From Candidatus Woesearchaeota archaeon (GTDB lineage Archaea > Nanobdellota > Nanobdellia > Woesearchaeales > UBA9642): 64,000 bases of DNA. Below the pieces are notes generated by a model. That model did no database searches and was not told where the DNA came from. It worked only from the letters and a program-made list of their open reading frames with translations. The DNA is taken from assembly GCA_016928115.1 (NCBI GenBank), contig JAFGLI010000019.1, forward strand, positions 5,066 to 69,065, written 5' to 3'. Position numbers and translations under genes: made by a program. Shown here in pieces: positions 17,439 through 26,738 of this stretch. The number at the start of each line of letters is the position of its first letter. The stretch's first letter is position 1.

Positions 17439-18251
17439 ATGCAAAAGAAACTAAATAAATTTAAACAATGGTTCAAAGAAAACCAGGCTTCTTTTATAAT
17501 AATTATTACTTGCGCTTTATTATTGTTGTGGGTATTTTTCAAAAACTCAAAATATTTTGATTTATTGAAGGATATTTTTATTTTTATTCCTAAGATTAAA
17601 ATAGTTATATCGATTGTGGGTGTATTAATAATTTTCTTTATTTTATATTATATATATAAATATACATATAATAAAACTAAAAACGAACAAAAACCGAACT
17701 CCGAAAAAAACTTCCTGTCCATATTAATATTTCTTATTTGTTTAGGTTTACTTATATCTGATTTAAAGATTCCAGACCTTGGAACATTCCTTATTACTAA
17801 TTGGGGAAAAGTTTTTATTTTCATTTCTGTTTTTATATTCTTGTCTTATAGACTATTAAGACTTTGGGGAAATAAAAATAATTGGGATATATCTTATTCA
17901 AAGATAGGTATAATGATTATAATCTTAGTTTTTGCTTTCTGGTTAATTCAGCACGGTAGTGGGATAGAACCTAACTTGAAATATAAAGAAATATCCGACA
18001 AAACTTTTAAGCCAATAGTTGATGAAAGTAGACAATCTAAAAAAGATATTTATATAGGCATAGGCATATCTCTTTTTGCTTCTGCTATAATTTTATTATC
18101 TCAATATTTCTTTAAAGCTTGGAAAGAAGAAGAGAATAATAAAGAAATAAAAAATAAGATTGAAGAAATTGAAAAAAATATTAAAAAAATTAGTAAATAT
18201 ATTGAAACGAAAACTAAAAAGAAAAAATCTCCTTCTAAAAAATCTAAATAA
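17439..18251 (+). CDS. Hypothetical polytopic membrane protein with a Lys-rich C-terminal tail
   Basis: Five or six TM helices, then a coiled-coil/K-rich C-terminus. Confidence 0.4.
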   Translation: MQKKLNKFKQWFKENQASFIIIITCALLLLWVFFKNSKYFDLLKDIFIFIPKIKIVISIVGVLIIFFILYYIYKYTYNKTKNEQKPNSEKNFLSILIFLICLGLLISDLKIPDLGTFLITNWGKVFIFISVFIFLSYRLLRLWGNKNNWDISYSKIGIMIIILVFAFWLIQHGSGIEPNLKYKEISDKTFKPIVDESRQSKKDIYIGIGISLFASAIILLSQYFFKAWKEEENNKEIKNKIEEIEKNIKKISKYIETKTKKKKSPSKKSK

Positions 18252-18264
18252 AATAGAAGACCCA

Positions 18265-18558
18265 TCAATCTATCTTCTCAAACCTAGGAACTTTCTTACC
18301 TTTATAATTAACTTGCTCTAAGAACATCTTTTTTGGTCTTATCCATATAGATCCTTTACCAAATGTTCTACAATCATAAAGAGCTTTATATACTACAAAA
18401 TCTTCCAAGGTTTCACTATGGTGTGCTGTGAATAATACCTCTACAGTTCCTCCTTTATAATGTTTGTATTTACCTAGTTTTATTTCAGACATATAATAAA
18501 ATATTATTTTTTTAAATTTAAAAAGTTTTTCTTTAAAAAAATCTATAATAAAACTCAT
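18265..18558 (-). CDS. DUF1653-like protein
   Basis: 'YKHYKGGTVEVLFTAHHSETLEDFVVYKALYD' matches the DUF1653 core (Y.HYKG..Y.V...A.HTE....VVY). Confidence 0.5.
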   Translation of the reverse strand: MSFIIDFFKEKLFKFKKIIFYYMSEIKLGKYKHYKGGTVEVLFTAHHSETLEDFVVYKALYDCRTFGKGSIWIRPKKMFLEQVNYKGKKVPRFEKID

Positions 18559-18911
18559 GCAGAAACCGAAGCAATTAAAGGGCTTTTATATTCAGCAGCA
18601 GAAACTACTGGCAGCATAACTTTATTATCTTCTTCAAATATTAATATAATATACCAATAATTCCTGTAATTCCTGACTTCAACTTTTGCATTATTAATTT
18701 CAGACAACATCTTTCTTGTAAATTTCTTATCCAGTGAATGAAGAAAATCATATGCATCCATTACCTCCAAACTGACTAATTTCCAGTCTTTATCCAAATC
18801 CATAACAATTTCATCTGATAATTCAATGCTTTCCTTTACATCGCCATTATTCCGGTAAATAGTTAAAACATCCCCTTCCTTGTCATATGAAGCCTTAAAT
18901 TTTCGTCTCAT
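18555..18911 (-). CDS. DUF2283-like protein, a putative antitoxin partner
   Basis: 'SYDKEGDVLTIYRNNGDVKESIELSDEIVMDLDKDWKLVSLEVMDA' parallels the DUF2283 protein at 29571..29777 (YDQDADALYIYL...VIDFDEKGKVIGIEI). Confidence 0.45.
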   Translation of the reverse strand: MRRKFKASYDKEGDVLTIYRNNGDVKESIELSDEIVMDLDKDWKLVSLEVMDAYDFLHSLDKKFTRKMLSEINNAKVEVRNYRNYWYIILIFEEDNKVMLPVVSAAEYKSPLIASVSA

Positions 18912-18936
18912 TTTTCCTACCCCATTATAAATAGTT

Positions 18937-19284
18937 CTAGTATTTAAATCTTTTTTTATATCTCCTCAGGGTTGTTCTTCCCAAAGGAAATGCTGTAATT
19001 ATCTTGATTTTTTCATTAAACTTTATTACATAACACCGGCCTTTTGAGCTGGAGTAGACAAAATAACACCTGAACCTTTTCTCTTTTTTTCTGTTATGTG
19101 TTCTTTCCTGCTTCTCAGCAAAAACCATGTCTTTTAAATTATAAATCTCTTTTTTCATATCTTCTAACGTACACTTATTACGTTTAGCCAGCCAACTTAA
19201 TAATCTGCCTTTTTTAGTAAAAGACACATCACATAAATTATATTCTTTTATCTTATTTTTAACATAATCAGACCAGTCAACCAT
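18937..19284 (-). CDS. BrnT-like (DUF497) toxin
   Basis: N-terminal 'DWSDYVKNKIKEYNLCDVSF' resembles FEWDENKNRSNLKKHGVSF; C-terminal 'KRFRCYFVYSSSKGRCYVIKFNEKIKIITAFPLGRTTLRRYKK' resembles ERF..IG.S..GRLL.VVYTERGD.IRIISARRAT..ERK.Y. Confidence 0.5.
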   Translation of the reverse strand: MVDWSDYVKNKIKEYNLCDVSFTKKGRLLSWLAKRNKCTLEDMKKEIYNLKDMVFAEKQERTHNRKKEKRFRCYFVYSSSKGRCYVIKFNEKIKIITAFPLGRTTLRRYKKRFKY

Positions 19285-19358
19285 TATTTATTTCCTATGG
19301 TTTTGTTTATAAGTATTACCTAAGAAATTTAGAAATATATCCGGTTTTTTAATAGAAA

Positions 19359-19790
19359 CTACTCTTCTACCTGCTTTTTATTGTATCTTTCTGCCTCTTG
19401 TGAGAGAATTCTGTCTGCTTCATGAAACTCATCTTTATAATCTTCATAATTATATTCCCTTATTAAAAGGGATTTCAACCTATGTGCCTGCCATTCAGGT
19501 CCATTAACTCTTATCCTGTCTACAAGACCATCACCATCTAAATCCTGATATAACTTACTTGAAGCAATTCTATGCCCCCAGACACCAGGATAAACCTTAA
19601 CATCAGTAGAACCATCGTTATATATTGTATACTCCCTGTGTCCGGTAATTGCGGTTGCATGAGAAATTGTATGTCTCCCGTCTTTTTTAATATCCCGGTT
19701 ATTAAAAGCCATATTACATCCACGAGTACCAGCCATAGCTATAACAATTACGGCTAACTTCATTAAATTTGATTTTCCGAATTCATCCAT
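19359..19790 (-). CDS. Hypothetical secreted protein
   Basis: N-terminal signal-like segment (LMKLAVIVIAMAGTRGC); no recognised domain. Confidence 0.4.
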   Translation of the reverse strand: MDEFGKSNLMKLAVIVIAMAGTRGCNMAFNNRDIKKDGRHTISHATAITGHREYTIYNDGSTDVKVYPGVWGHRIASSKLYQDLDGDGLVDRIRVNGPEWQAHRLKSLLIREYNYEDYKDEFHEADRILSQEAERYNKKQVEE

Positions 19791-19856
19791 AAAAAATAAG
19801 AAATTAACTATTATTTATAAATATTATGTTCTTAACTATTATAAAGTAGAAATAAC

Positions 19857-20546
19857 CTAATACTCCACAGGATCCAGTAATTCTTCCCTTAATCTTTTCA
19901 ACAAATCTTCTTTATAATAAAAGTCATAAAAATTAGATAGAACATTTTGTCTATATTCTGAGTTTAAGTCAATTCCTCCTTTCATAATTTCTTCTATTTC
20001 ATCATCTTTGAAAAATTCTTTTTTCATTGCATATGCCATAATTTCAGGGCGGGGAAATTCTTCTACAAGAGTAATAGAATTAATACAATAATTCTCATTC
20101 CAGTTTTCCATATATTTATCCAGATCATCTTCTTTTAATGTCGTCATATATTTTTTTAACTGATGTTCAGTTAATCTTTCTATATCTGTTGGATTTGATG
20201 TTTCATCCCTGATTTTCTCATTGACAATCCTTTTTTTCCTGTTTTTAACAAGCCTTTTATAATAATCCTTAGCCTTTGAAATAACAGCAACTTCCAAAGC
20301 CTTTTCTATGCTCTCACCATTGATGATTCCTGCATTATAATCCACCTGTAAATAAAGCATATGCCTGGCATATAAATTCAAGTGATCTAAATCAATCTTA
20401 CTTATTTCCTCCAAATCTTCCTGAGCTATATTAAATGCTTCCTTATAATATAGTATTATGTCCATATTGAAATAAGTAAGACTTATTTTTTTATAAATAT
20501 TCTGTTTCTTAACTATTTTATAATAGAAACAATTATAAACAGACAC
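19857..20546 (-). CDS. Hypothetical protein
   Basis: 229-aa ORF with compositional coding bias; no recognised motifs. Confidence 0.4.
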   Translation of the reverse strand: MSVYNCFYYKIVKKQNIYKKISLTYFNMDIILYYKEAFNIAQEDLEEISKIDLDHLNLYARHMLYLQVDYNAGIINGESIEKALEVAVISKAKDYYKRLVKNRKKRIVNEKIRDETSNPTDIERLTEHQLKKYMTTLKEDDLDKYMENWNENYCINSITLVEEFPRPEIMAYAMKKEFFKDDEIEEIMKGGIDLNSEYRQNVLSNFYDFYYKEDLLKRLREELLDPVEY

Positions 20547-20563
20547 AATTTTCTCAAATCAAA

Positions 20564-21304
20564 ATGAACGGGGTTAAGGTATTTCCGGGGAACTTAAAGG
20601 ATATTGTTGATAACCACTTCTTTAAAAAGAAAAATAACAGCATTAACATCTATGACTTCAATAATGAAGAAAGCATAACTGCATTTATAGGGGATGCACT
20701 GGATTTTCACAAAAATTATATAAAAAACAAGTATGAATTCGGGCTGGATAATATAAGCCTCAAAACAGGCGAAAAAAAGGAAGGCTTGGTATATCCCCAG
20801 CATTCTGATGATGAATATTACCTTTGCATCAACCTTCCGCGAATAAAAAAGATACTTGAACACAAAAAAAGGGAGCCTTTCTTCAAGTGCATAAGCCTTG
20901 TTGAGTACAGCGTAATAAAAAGCTATTTCCATAACTCACTCTATGACCTTTTCCAGAACAGGATTATTATAGACCACACCAAAAAAGAGCTTTTCGGGAT
21001 TTTTGATCCTTCTGAAAAAGAAAATAACATCAACATAAAAAAAATAACAAGATTCTTCGGAAGGGTAAAAGACCCATTAAGCGTGAAGTACATAGAGGAA
21101 TACTGCAGCTCAGCAAGAAAAGAGCTGGAAAAAAGAAAGAATGAAGATAACAAAACCAGCGTAAACATGCTGAACCACCACCTGAACTGCCTTCATTCAA
21201 TGACAAGCAAACTGCACTCATCCAAAAGCATGTATTTTGAAAGAAGCTTTGATGAGATTATAAACTTCATAAAGCACCCGGACATTATAGATAATTTAAT
21301 CTAA
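20564..21304 (+). CDS. Hypothetical protein
   Basis: 246-aa ORF, divergent from 19857..20546; no recognised motifs. Confidence 0.4.
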   Translation: MNGVKVFPGNLKDIVDNHFFKKKNNSINIYDFNNEESITAFIGDALDFHKNYIKNKYEFGLDNISLKTGEKKEGLVYPQHSDDEYYLCINLPRIKKILEHKKREPFFKCISLVEYSVIKSYFHNSLYDLFQNRIIIDHTKKELFGIFDPSEKENNINIKKITRFFGRVKDPLSVKYIEEYCSSARKELEKRKNEDNKTSVNMLNHHLNCLHSMTSKLHSSKSMYFERSFDEIINFIKHPDIIDNLI

Positions 21305-21670
21305 ATACTTCTTAACTTCATTCCTAAGAATCCCTTTGCTTCTTAATCTTAAATTCTCCCATTTTTCTCCATATACAGAATATACTTCAGAAGCATCTTC
21401 CCCTAAAAGAATCCTGTTTTCAAGGTCTGCAAAATGAGTAACTGCTACTAATTCAGGCGTATAACCTTTGGGATAATTCTTCTTAAAATCCTTAAAAATC
21501 TTGTCTCCAAGATAATTATAACAATCTGAAGATGAAGGGACTAATAACTTAAAATAATTTTTATTGCATTTTAATCTTATTTCTTCAAGGTCTTTCACAG
21601 GTTTTTTGTTTAATATATCTCTTACTGCCTCGAAATATGGCTTGAAAATCTCCTTTTGTTCTTTATTCAT
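21296..21670 (-). CDS. Hypothetical protein, tandem paralogue (the start is placed at the internal Met 'MNKEQKEIFKPYFEAV', so the ORF-track N-terminal extension is not used)
   Basis: The region from the MNKEQ start onward aligns with the upstream paralogue (…YFEAVRDIL…DLEEIR…FADLENRILLGE…S.G…LR.EVKKYLD). The longer ORF would overlap the neighbour by about 150 nt. Confidence 0.45.
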   Translation of the reverse strand: MNKEQKEIFKPYFEAVRDILNKKPVKDLEEIRLKCNKNYFKLLVPSSSDCYNYLGDKIFKDFKKNYPKGYTPELVAVTHFADLENRILLGEDASEVYSVYGEKWENLRLRSKGILRNEVKKYLD

Positions 21671-21686
21671 TATTATCCTCTGTATT

Positions 21687-22115
21687 TTAATCCAGATATC
21701 TCTTAACTGCTCTCTGAAGAATTTTTCTGCCTTTGGACCTTGAATGCTTCCAGTATTCTCCCGGACTGAAATATGCTTCAGAAGGTTTTTCTCCCATAAG
21801 AATCCTGTTTTCAAGGTCTGCAATGTTTCCAATTCTAGTATTTACTGATTCAGGATCCAATCCTTTTAGAAAGTATCCTTTTTGTTTATCTAACAAACGA
21901 TCTCTTCTAGCAAGTTTTGCTCCTAATTCAATAGGATAAAAATAATCCCAGAAACGAAGTTTATTTTCATTTAATTCTACTTGTATGAGATATTTATTAA
22001 CTTCTTTTCTTTTTTCTTCAAGGTCTTCCACAGGGTATCCGCTTAATATTATCTTTACAGCCTTAAAATAAGGCCTTAATATTTCCCTGGTTTCCCTGTC
22101 AATTATTTCTGCCAT
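21687..22115 (-). CDS. Hypothetical protein, tandem paralogue
   Basis: 'ILRPYFKAVKIIL...DLEEKR...IADLENRILMGEKPSEAY...KILQRAVKRYLD' is paralogous to 21296..21670. Confidence 0.5.
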   Translation of the reverse strand: MAEIIDRETREILRPYFKAVKIILSGYPVEDLEEKRKEVNKYLIQVELNENKLRFWDYFYPIELGAKLARRDRLLDKQKGYFLKGLDPESVNTRIGNIADLENRILMGEKPSEAYFSPGEYWKHSRSKGRKILQRAVKRYLD

Positions 22116-22172
22116 AAATAAAGGTAATTCATAATTATTTATAAATATTATTTTTTAAAAGTAGAAAAACAT

Positions 22173-22799
22173 CTAATTCTTTAAGCTATCCTCACTTAAA
22201 CCCCTGCCAACTGCTTTTGAGATTATCTTAAAATATTCTTCTCCGCCATGTAAAATAAGATTGTTCCTTGCTGTCTCTTTGCCGTAATTCTCTTCATTAT
22301 TCAGCAGCATTTCCAGAAACTCTTTTTGCTTAAAAACATAAATGTGTATAAACGGAATGCTAATTTCACACTTATGCCTCAATTCAGAGTATATTCTTTT
22401 TTTATTAAAAGAATCATCACATACAATAACCAAGTCAAGGTCTGATTTTTTAGTCTCTTTTCCCTTAACATAGCTTCCTGTAACCAAAGCAATAAAAAAC
22501 TCAGTAGGCATTTTCAGAAAAACATCCTCAATCTCATCAAAAGGAATATTCTTTCTTGAAAAAGCAATATGCTCTGCAATAAACCCAAGATAAGCAAAAC
22601 TCTTAACATTAAACTTTAACCAATACTGAAAAACATTCCCTATTTTGTTCCTTCTCAAAATACCTTTATCCAAGAGCCTCTTTATCCTGCTGTAAACATA
22701 ACTTCTTGAGCTATATCCTTTCATAATGTCCTGAAAGCCAAAACCTTTCCAGGGCTCTTCAATAAAACATTTCAGTAATTTATATTCTTGCTTTAGCAT
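22173..22799 (-). CDS. Nucleotidyltransferase (MNT-type, Pol-beta superfamily) with an N-terminal wHTH
   Basis: 'GSYVKGKETKKSDLDLVIVCDD' is a GS...D.D nucleotidyltransferase motif; the N-terminal 'SRSYVYSRIKRLLDKGIL' is wHTH-like. Confidence 0.6.
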   Translation of the reverse strand: MLKQEYKLLKCFIEEPWKGFGFQDIMKGYSSRSYVYSRIKRLLDKGILRRNKIGNVFQYWLKFNVKSFAYLGFIAEHIAFSRKNIPFDEIEDVFLKMPTEFFIALVTGSYVKGKETKKSDLDLVIVCDDSFNKKRIYSELRHKCEISIPFIHIYVFKQKEFLEMLLNNEENYGKETARNNLILHGGEEYFKIISKAVGRGLSEDSLKN

Positions 22800-22846
22800 T
22801 TTAATACCTATTTTTAGATATAATCCTTCCTATATTTAGGAAATAT

Positions 22847-23320
22847 TTAAATCTTTCTATTTACTTTAAAAATATTAGAAACAAATGTTCTGGCATTTTT
22901 AAGAGAATCTTCTGCAGGCTTCTTATTTGCCTGAGGAATGGTCTTATAAGTAAAGTGCCCTCTTTTCCATTTTTCTTTTTTGAAAATTTCCAGCAGCTCA
23001 TCAGCCCTTAATATTAATTTATTGTAAATATTTAACAATCCTAAATCGAGCTCTCCACTATCAACAAGAAATTTCTTAAAATTCTCATATGTTTTTCTGT
23101 GAATTTCGGGAGCCTTTGTTTCTATTCCTTTATTCAGAAGAATAGATTTGGCAGCATAAAAAATAGCATAATAAGAATGGGAAATAACTGAACTGTAAAA
23201 TGTTGTATTCTCAGGGATATTAAATACCTCTTTATAGTTTTCACTTAATTTTTTCAAACATTCTGCAGTTATAATCTCATTATCTGCCCTGTCCAGATAA
23301 ATTCTTGCTTTTGGTTTCAT
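22847..23320 (-). CDS. HEPN-domain protein, partner of the MNT
   Basis: 'ISHSYYAIFYAAKSILLNKGIETKAPEIHRKTYENF' fits the HEPN fold signature (hayyA..ha.kAlL...g......H); the gene is immediately upstream of the MNT gene. Confidence 0.5.
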   Translation of the reverse strand: MKPKARIYLDRADNEIITAECLKKLSENYKEVFNIPENTTFYSSVISHSYYAIFYAAKSILLNKGIETKAPEIHRKTYENFKKFLVDSGELDLGLLNIYNKLILRADELLEIFKKEKWKRGHFTYKTIPQANKKPAEDSLKNARTFVSNIFKVNRKI

Positions 23321-23386
23321 ATAAACAATTAAAAAAAATCCAATATAAAATCTAATGAAGAAAAACCGAAAAGTTTTCAGAAAAAA

Positions 23387-23782
23387 CTAATGCTCCAGCT
23401 TCCCCAGAAATAATATTACTATCACTAATGCTCCCACCGTAAGGGCTAGAAAATAATATCCCAGGCCCAATGCTATACCAACGCATGCAATCACCCACAA
23501 TGTGGCTGCAGTGGTTAATCCTTTCACTTTCTCGCCTGAGCCTATGATTGTTCCTGCACCTAAGAAGCCTATTCCTGTTATTATTCCCTGAAGAGCCCTG
23601 CCAGGATCTATAATCCCTGCATAGTTAGTTGCAACAATCATCACTAAAGTTGAGCCCACGCATACAAGCATATTTGTCCTTAATCCTGCGGGCTTTTTCC
23701 TTACTTCCCTCTCATAGCCTATTATTGCGCTTAATCCCATTGCAAGGACAAGCTGAAGAACCTGCTCTATTGTGAATGTCAT
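23387..23782 (-). CDS. MgtC/SapB family membrane protein
   Basis: 'AIIGYEREVRKKPAGLRTNMLVCVGSTLVMIV' matches the MgtC N-terminal signature (GLERE...K.AGLRT). Confidence 0.7.
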   Translation of the reverse strand: MTFTIEQVLQLVLAMGLSAIIGYEREVRKKPAGLRTNMLVCVGSTLVMIVATNYAGIIDPGRALQGIITGIGFLGAGTIIGSGEKVKGLTTAATLWVIACVGIALGLGYYFLALTVGALVIVILFLGKLEH

Positions 23783-23806
23783 ATCATCATTTATAGAAAC
23801 AATTGT

Positions 23807-24334
23807 TTAAATATTTTTTTGTTCTTCTTTAATCTCCTCTATTCGTTTAAGAATACTTGAATTTTCATGTTTTTTATCATCCAGTCCAAGAAAAAGGGGC
23901 CCTTTTATTTCTCCTTTCAATACAAAAAGTATATAATTTAAGCGATTATCAAACAGCTTTTTATCATCATTAGTTAATTTATCATAAGGCACCCTGTAAT
24001 GACACACTACGGGAAAATAGCCCTCAACAGCATAGGGCTTTTCTTTCTTTTCATAAACCGCCACCATATTAACAGACCTGAGCCCGGAATATCCGCCCTT
24101 ATATATTTTTCTTGCACCATCACACTTAAATTTCTTAAATATATCTGTGTAATTTATATCTGCTGACCCAAAATTATCTTTGATTATAATAATATCCCCT
24201 CCATCACTCATTTCCTCGATTGGGGGTAGTATATAGCATGTAAACATATCAGAATATATTTTTTTTATTTCAGAATCGTCTGCAACTCTTGAAACAATAT
24301 CATCAATTACCTCTTTTCTTTTTTTATTATTCAT
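23807..24334 (-). CDS. Hypothetical protein
   Basis: 175-aa ORF; no recognised motifs. Confidence 0.4.
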   Translation of the reverse strand: MNNKKRKEVIDDIVSRVADDSEIKKIYSDMFTCYILPPIEEMSDGGDIIIIKDNFGSADINYTDIFKKFKCDGARKIYKGGYSGLRSVNMVAVYEKKEKPYAVEGYFPVVCHYRVPYDKLTNDDKKLFDNRLNYILFVLKGEIKGPLFLGLDDKKHENSSILKRIEEIKEEQKNI

Positions 24335-24491
24335 CTTATTATAAAAACATTCTATGTTTATAAAAATTATGTTTCTTGACTATTAAAAAGTAGATAAAAA
24401 GAAAAGCATATAGATATTATTTATTATTTGGTAGTAACAAAATGGAAATATTTATAAATAATTAATAATTTCTCTTGAAAAGGTGATATAA

Positions 24492-24860
24492 ATGGGTTGG
24501 GAATATGTAATTAATGCTGAAGTCGAGTATAATAATAGAGAAGTGATGGGTTTCTCCGGAGAAAAAATCAAGTATGAAAAGAGAGAAGATTTTTTTGAAG
24601 ACCTTCCTGGAATAATGGAAAATAAAAAATGTGAATTCGGTATAGATTTTAATTCTAAATGTAATTCTCTTTTATTAAAAATCATAGAAACCAATAATGA
24701 ATATGGTGAAACTAATAAAACAGTATTTGACATTAAAGAAGAAAATGGCGAAATTAAAATAAGCGAAGAAGGACAAACACCCTTTTTACCTGTTGATGAA
24801 TATATGAAAAATTATATGATAAAAAAATGGAACACATATTTCACAAGTATGTCGCAATAA
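24492..24860 (+). CDS. Hypothetical protein
   Basis: 122-aa ORF; overlaps the next ORF by 34 nt in a different frame. Confidence 0.35.
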   Translation: MGWEYVINAEVEYNNREVMGFSGEKIKYEKREDFFEDLPGIMENKKCEFGIDFNSKCNSLLLKIIETNNEYGETNKTVFDIKEENGEIKISEEGQTPFLPVDEYMKNYMIKKWNTYFTSMSQ

Positions 24861-25270
24861 AGGACTCTGAACATTTCATGATAAAGGTTTATGCTTTCCC
24901 TGAATGTCTGCCTTATGAAGAAATAAGCAGGCAGCAGGAAATAGGATTTGTTAATCTGAATTGTGTCCCTGAAATCCCTGAAGGAAAAAATATTGAGAAA
25001 GTAATTTCTGAAAACATTGATTTCATTGGTTCTGAGATACACAGGATTACAAAAAAATTCATTGACAAAGAGATTTTGAAGGACTATTTTAATAAGTCAA
25101 TAATGAGCATTTTATTTGAAAAATATCTTGGTGATTTAATAAAAACAAATATAATTGAACCTAACTTAGACGATTATATAAACTTAAAAATCCAGGAAGA
25201 AATATTATTCCTTGAAGACAATAAATTAATGAATGAAGAGGAATGGGTTAAACAATACAAACAAATATAA
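24827..25270 (+). CDS. Hypothetical protein
   Basis: 147-aa ORF. Confidence 0.35.
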   Translation: MEHIFHKYVAIKDSEHFMIKVYAFPECLPYEEISRQQEIGFVNLNCVPEIPEGKNIEKVISENIDFIGSEIHRITKKFIDKEILKDYFNKSIMSILFEKYLGDLIKTNIIEPNLDDYINLKIQEEILFLEDNKLMNEEEWVKQYKQI

Positions 25271-25292
25271 AGTTCTGCTTATTCTATAAAAT

Positions 25293-25985
25293 GTGATGGA
25301 TATTGTTTTAATAGAGCCCAAAACATCAGGGAACGTAGGGGCAATAGCAAGGGTTATGAAGAATTTTGGTTTTAAAAACTTAATTTTAATCAATCCGAAA
25401 TGCGAAATAAACAAAGAAGCATTAAACAGGGCTTCACATGCAAGAGACATTCTTGAAAAAGTTAAAATTACAGATATGAATTGTCTTAAGAAATATGACT
25501 GTAAAATCGGCACAACAGCCAAAATAGGCAATGACTATAATATATTGAGAATTCCATTGCTGCCTAAAGAAATGGCTGAAAAAATAAAAAAAACAAAAAA
25601 TAAAACAGCCTTAATTCTTGGAAGGGAGGAAACAGGATTAAAAAACAGTGAATTAAAGCAATGCGACTTTGTTGTAACAATCCCCACAGATAAAAAATAT
25701 AAAACAATGAATATAAGCCATTCACTGGCTATATTATTATATGAGATTAATGAAACAAAAGATGAAAACAGGATAACAAAAACCTTTAAAACAGCAACTA
25801 AAAAAGAAAAAGACAGGATTATGGAATTATTGGATAATGCAATGGATAAAATGGATTTCCCTACAGAATCCAAAAAGGAAACCCAGAGAAAACTGTGGAA
25901 AAAACTCATAGGAAAAAGTAATTTAACCAGAAGGGAATCATTTGCATTGATGGGCTTTCTGAAAAGGATAGAAAAGCTTAAATAA
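25293..25985 (+). CDS. SpoU-class (SPOUT) RNA 2'-O-methyltransferase, TrmJ-like
   Basis: 'IVLIEPKTSGNVGAIARVMKNFGF', 'LILGREETGL' and 'VTIPT...MNISHSLAILLYEI' are SpoU motifs 1-3; a C-terminal helical extension resembles TrmJ. Confidence 0.65.
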   Translation: MMDIVLIEPKTSGNVGAIARVMKNFGFKNLILINPKCEINKEALNRASHARDILEKVKITDMNCLKKYDCKIGTTAKIGNDYNILRIPLLPKEMAEKIKKTKNKTALILGREETGLKNSELKQCDFVVTIPTDKKYKTMNISHSLAILLYEINETKDENRITKTFKTATKKEKDRIMELLDNAMDKMDFPTESKKETQRKLWKKLIGKSNLTRRESFALMGFLKRIEKLK

Positions 25986-26007
25986 ACTATTTGTTTAATA
26001 ATATAAA

Positions 26008-26289
26008 ATGACAGATAACCCTTGGCCTTTATTAGAAAAAATAGAAGATATTTATTGCTCGTTTTTAAAAAAGAGAGAAAATTTCTTAAAAAAAAGAGAA
26101 AAAAGTTTTGCAGAATTAGATGAAAAAAAAGATAATGATTCATATAAAAAAAAGATTATTAAAATAAATACAGAAAATCCTTTTTATAATCCTATGTATA
26201 GATTTATTCCTTTTGAAAATAATCCTGATTTGGATATGATGGAGCGTAATTTTGAAGAACTTGCTATAAGAGCGGGTTTAATAAAATGA
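26008..26289 (+). CDS. Hypothetical protein, gene 1 of a 5-gene coupled operon
   Basis: 93 aa; its stop overlaps the next start (ATGA at 26286). Confidence 0.4.
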   Translation: MTDNPWPLLEKIEDIYCSFLKKRENFLKKREKSFAELDEKKDNDSYKKKIIKINTENPFYNPMYRFIPFENNPDLDMMERNFEELAIRAGLIK

Positions 26290-26738
26290 GAGAAAATAAG
26301 GATCTTGTAAAATTAACTGAAGAAGAATCAAGCTCAATTAAAGAGTATAGTGAAGATATAGTGATGACCCCTATACCTCTGAAAAGAGCATTTATAAAAA
26401 TGGGAATCTGGAATCCTGACGGCAGTTATAATGACGGTGAAATAATACCTTTATATGAAAAAGAAAATAAAAAACTTTTGAAAAAATACGGAAAAAACCT
26501 TGTTTTTCTTATGTGTAACAGTACTGATAATTCAGGCATTGTCAAAATCATAGAAAAGACAGAAGGATTAACTATAAACCCTGAGAATAAAACATGGTCT
26601 TACAAAGGTTATGAAGATATACCTTATGGCCAAAAAATAGAAATAGGTAATGAAACATTTGGGGTTTATTACAGAAAAAGACACAGGAAAAGGATTTTAA
26701 AAGATTTAATAAAAGGAACAGAGATGAAAACAAAATGA
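26286..26738 (+). CDS. Hypothetical protein, operon gene 2
   Basis: 150 aa; 4-nt overlap with both neighbours. Confidence 0.4.
   Translation: MRENKDLVKLTEEESSSIKEYSEDIVMTPIPLKRAFIKMGIWNPDGSYNDGEIIPLYEKENKKLLKKYGKNLVFLMCNSTDNSGIVKIIEKTEGLTINPENKTWSYKGYEDIPYGQKIEIGNETFGVYYRKRHRKRILKDLIKGTEMKTK

Noticed and set aside
21296-21832. The full-length 178-aa ORF as given in the track
   Set aside because: The N-terminal 54 codons would overlap the upstream paralogue by about 150 nt. Alignment with that paralogue supports the internal Met at 21670.
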